Source of the DNA: Somniosus microcephalus
Taxonomy: Eukaryota
Length of the DNA stretch: 64,000 nt
NCBI GenBank assembly: GCA_052327205.1
Contig: CM126203.1
Coordinates: forward strand, 94,302,001 to 94,366,000
Reading direction: 5' to 3'
A program made the translations under genes and the position numbers. The notes beneath the pieces were generated by a model. It made no database searches. It saw only the letters and a program-made list of their open reading frames with translations, and was not told the origin of the DNA. Below, piece by piece: positions 60,682-64,000 of the stretch; the first letter of the stretch is position 1; each line of letters begins with the position of its first letter.

Positions 60682-62801
60682 TGGCAGGGAAATTCTAAAG
60701 ACCCAAAAATGGATGCAGGCACCGCGATGCGAGATATGCCCGCGCCTGTTTAGAAAGTGCAGGCAGCGCGACAATTTGGTGCTGCCTGCTGACTTAAATG
60801 ATTTTAGCGCACAGTCCAGCGACTATCGCGCTGCTGACGGGTTATGCGCTCAGCAGGGGGCCCAAGGTTGCATCATTGGAGCGACGCTGCCTTTCCTTAA
60901 AGCTAGGCTGTTAGTTTTCAAGGCAGTCTCTAGCCCTTAAAGCTGAACTGCCTTCTGCAAAAAAATTAAAAATCATTCAAAACTAGGCAGTCTGCAGCTC
61001 AAAAGCTGAACTGCCTTCTGCACATCAAAAATGGTAAAAGTGCTTCAGCACTAACACAAATGGCTCAACAGGCCAAGAAAGGGCACCCAGGGTCTCGGAC
61101 ATAGCACTTGAGCTTTGTGCAGAGGCCCTCTACCCACAGGGGACCAGGAGGCCCTCCAGAAAGAAGGTTGGGGGACCAGATCACCGAGCCCATCACAGCC
61201 AGCAGTGTCACACCCAGGACCTGGCTCCAGTGCCCAAAGAAGTTTCATGACCTCAGACCAGTGGTCAAGGCCAGTGAATGAATCTTCAAAAGCCATCTCC
61301 TGCCAACTGCACCAACAGCCTCACACACTGCTTAATGCACGACCCCACCACCACCCCCAACACTCACCTACCAACAATCTCCACCAAACACGAGGCACAC
61401 CTCACATTCCTAGCTTCACCTTGCCCCCTTGAAGGAGTCGGTGCAGACCATTCTTGGCAGGGGCATGGCTGAGCCCTTGGCCAGCGGCTGAGCTGAATGA
61501 ATACAAGATGCTGGTATCCTCATACGTTATCCTCCTTCTCACATCCCACTTCTCCCTCATCCTACAATCTCTTTTGATTTACAAGCTGCACACAGTGTAA
61601 GCATGTACCTCTTGCTTTCCCACCCTCCCGTCACCACAACCCTACCCTTGGGCCTTCCTCATTTCAGACACCAAGAAATCCATCCTGCCCAGCCAGTGGT
61701 TGACTAAGAAGAGGGAGAGGAAAGTGAAGAAGAAGAAGAAACACCATCACTTGATTTGACACTCCCAACAACCAGCTCATTGAGGTCGTCCTGCAAGGCC
61801 ATCGGCAGTGTTCCCCACTAAAAGTCAGCAGCCTTCCACCAGCCATGCTGCAGCCACTGGGGTAGCACTGCGTGACAGCACTAAGATAGGCAAAGGCACA
61901 TGCAAATCAGTCACTAAGGGAATGCACAAGGGTGATTAGTTGATTTTTTGATGTAATATTGGATGCATATATAGATAAAGTTGGATTGGAAAGTTTGCTT
62001 TGTGGTGGCTTTTATTTCAGCATTGTGTCCACGAGGACGCTGTGATGGTCAGTAACAGAGGGAAGGTAAGGTGTGGGACAAATGTTGAAAGGGGAATTGG
62101 GGTTGTGGTCACTGGTACCACAGGCGGATGATTTGATCCTGGCTATCTCGGCCAGAAAGGGGCTGTCTGGGTTGCCTCCTTCCTTCTGCTTCCTCCTCTT
62201 CTGATTCTTCCACCTCCCTTTGCAAGCAGCTTGTCCCCTTTGCTGCCTCTGCTTCATCTCCATGTGATGTTGCAGCCCAAGGGGGATCTGCAATGAGAGG
62301 CCCCAGGACTGGGAGCAAGTGGTGTTCTCCGAGGCCTTCCTTTAACATCCAAAGCCTTGCAAGCATCCAGCAGCACTCCCTGCACACTTTAACAACTTTT
62401 AAAATGTATTGCACCAAGCCACTACTGCAATAAAATGTAAAAAAAACTAAGCCAAAAGCTAAAATTGAAACTTACCTGAAAGATGTGTATATCCCTTTAA
62501 GAAACGCTGGCAGCGTCTCTGTAGTACTGCTGCACGCACGTTCTTCTGTGCATGGTTTGGTGAGGGCGGTATCTAGAGCGGCAACGTCCAAAATCACAGT
62601 CGTGCATCAATTCAGACGTTGCACACCGATTGACATCACGATCTACATACTTACATGTGGGAGGCGAGTGCAGGCAACAGCAGCGTTAATGACCTCCCCA
62701 AAATGGCAGCCACCGTATTCCACGCCGGAAGCGGGTGGAAGCGAGGCAGCCACCATTTTTTCAGCAAAACCAGCCGGATACACCCCCGGATTTCACGGCC
62801 A
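60682..62801. mobile_element. Highly degenerate Harbinger-derived element
   Basis: Myb-like remnant near 61040-61270 (RTWLQCPKKFHDL) on +, acidic transposase-tail-like remnant near 62100-62300 on -; candidate ends ggcagggaaattc / ggatttcacggcc. Confidence 0.45.
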
Positions 62802-63275
62802 ATGTATTTTAATAGTTTTTCTCAAAGTCCCCTACCTAATGTTTTAAGCTGGCAATATCCAAGACCTGGCCTATGAGCTCCTTTGATTGATACCATAATG
62901 TTCTTGCTAGTCCCTTTCTGCTTATGCACAAAGCCAATGCCAGCAGCTTTTAAATTCAGCTCTTTAACACTCCTGGGCTTGGAGGAGTGGAAAGAGCTGC
63001 TCTTTCAAACACCAGTGTACCAATCAGGAGTCAGTCTTTACCATTCGTCTAGGCCTGGGAAATTTAGAGGTGCTGAAGGTTCCATGTTTTCAGGCTTCAT
63101 GAGGGGGGGGGGGGGGGAGAGGATAATGGAGGGAGCCATACATATTTTTATGTTAATAGCACTTGTATTACTGAGTATAATCACATACAGCCCGCTCACT
63201 GATTTTATATGCGTACCCAGCAACAGGTTGGATGTCCCTGTTCTAAGCGACATGCTATTTGTTAAATCTGTGAGT

Positions 63276-64000
63276 TGTTCAAGTAATTAATACTCAGACT
63301 TAATCAGTAACAATAAAACAGGTCTTTACTGGTTGGAGGTAGGGACTACACGTAGGTCTTTACTTCATGCCCACAGGCGGGAACTGAGGGGAGATCAGTA
63401 CCCACAGTACTATTTATACCCCTATGGCCAGGAGTGGTACTGCGTATCACTACGCCCTACAAGTAGTGCAGTCCTGTCCATAGGTTCAAAGTAGCACACA
63501 TATTACATACACAACATTCCTCCCTTCCTAGCTTTACAGTCATCTCCCCATTTAACATAACGTAATAACATATATACATATATAACTTCAGGTTTACATA
63601 ACAGAATAACATAGATACATAGATAACTTCATGTCAAAACAGATCACAGATTCAGTCTCTGCGGAAAACAGTTCACAGATTCAATCTCTGTGGTGTAGTC
63701 GGTTCACGTTGCTGGAGTGACTCATTCAATAGTCCTTCCATGGATTTAACAGTTTGAACTTCTGAACTGAATTGGCTCCGTTCGGAGGGACCACGTGTGT
63801 GATCTGGTAGAGGTAATAATGGTTCAGATGGGTCATCTTCTGTTTCGACTTTTCCTTTTCTGCTTCTTGGAGACTCTCTGGGCTCCACTGTCAGCTGCCA
63901 GCTGCATGCGCAGTTCCTCCTTCTCTTCCTCCTTTTTCCGTAGTAGAGCCACCTTCTCCCGATGTTCCGTAGACTTTCGGTGCTCCTCCATGATTTCTGT
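63276..64000 (-). mobile_element. 3' end of another LTR retrotransposon (LTR about 63276-63516), truncated by the window edge
   Basis: On -, PPT ggaagggaggaa (63517-63528) immediately precedes TGTTGTG; TATAAATA inside; integrase-tail-like ..TPQRLNL-stop ORF at 63673-63888. The left LTR end is uncertain. Confidence 0.65.

Noticed and set aside
62883-63290. ORFs on both strands as possible REELD1 exons
   Set aside because: They span a long G homopolymer, show no reeler-domain similarity and have no convincing splice sites.

Overview
Vertebrate genomic DNA, most likely from a shark or other cartilaginous fish (inferred from the CR1, L2 and Deu-type SINE repertoire). Two host genes converge tail to tail. 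The last two coding exons and long 3' UTR of SLC10A7 lie on + (9131-~15015). The last two recognisable coding exons of a REELD1-like gene lie on - (59987-60062 and 48842-49504). Most of the rest is mobile DNA: three full-length but frameshifted Gypsy LTR retrotransposons with TSDs, a solo LTR, a fourth Gypsy running off the window end, a two-gene PIF/Harbinger transposon plus derivatives, many CR1/L2/RTE LINE fragments and SINEs. The most interesting signal is in two related Gypsy elements (15730-20341 + and 23700-28035 -). Neither has a tRNA primer-binding site. Instead, the 14-15 nt after the 5' LTR are complementary to the element's own AATAAA-containing LTR segment, and the sequences differ between the elements while pairing is kept. 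This suggests tRNA-independent self-priming and/or masking of the 5' LTR poly(A) signal. All alignments and family calls were made by eye, without database searches.
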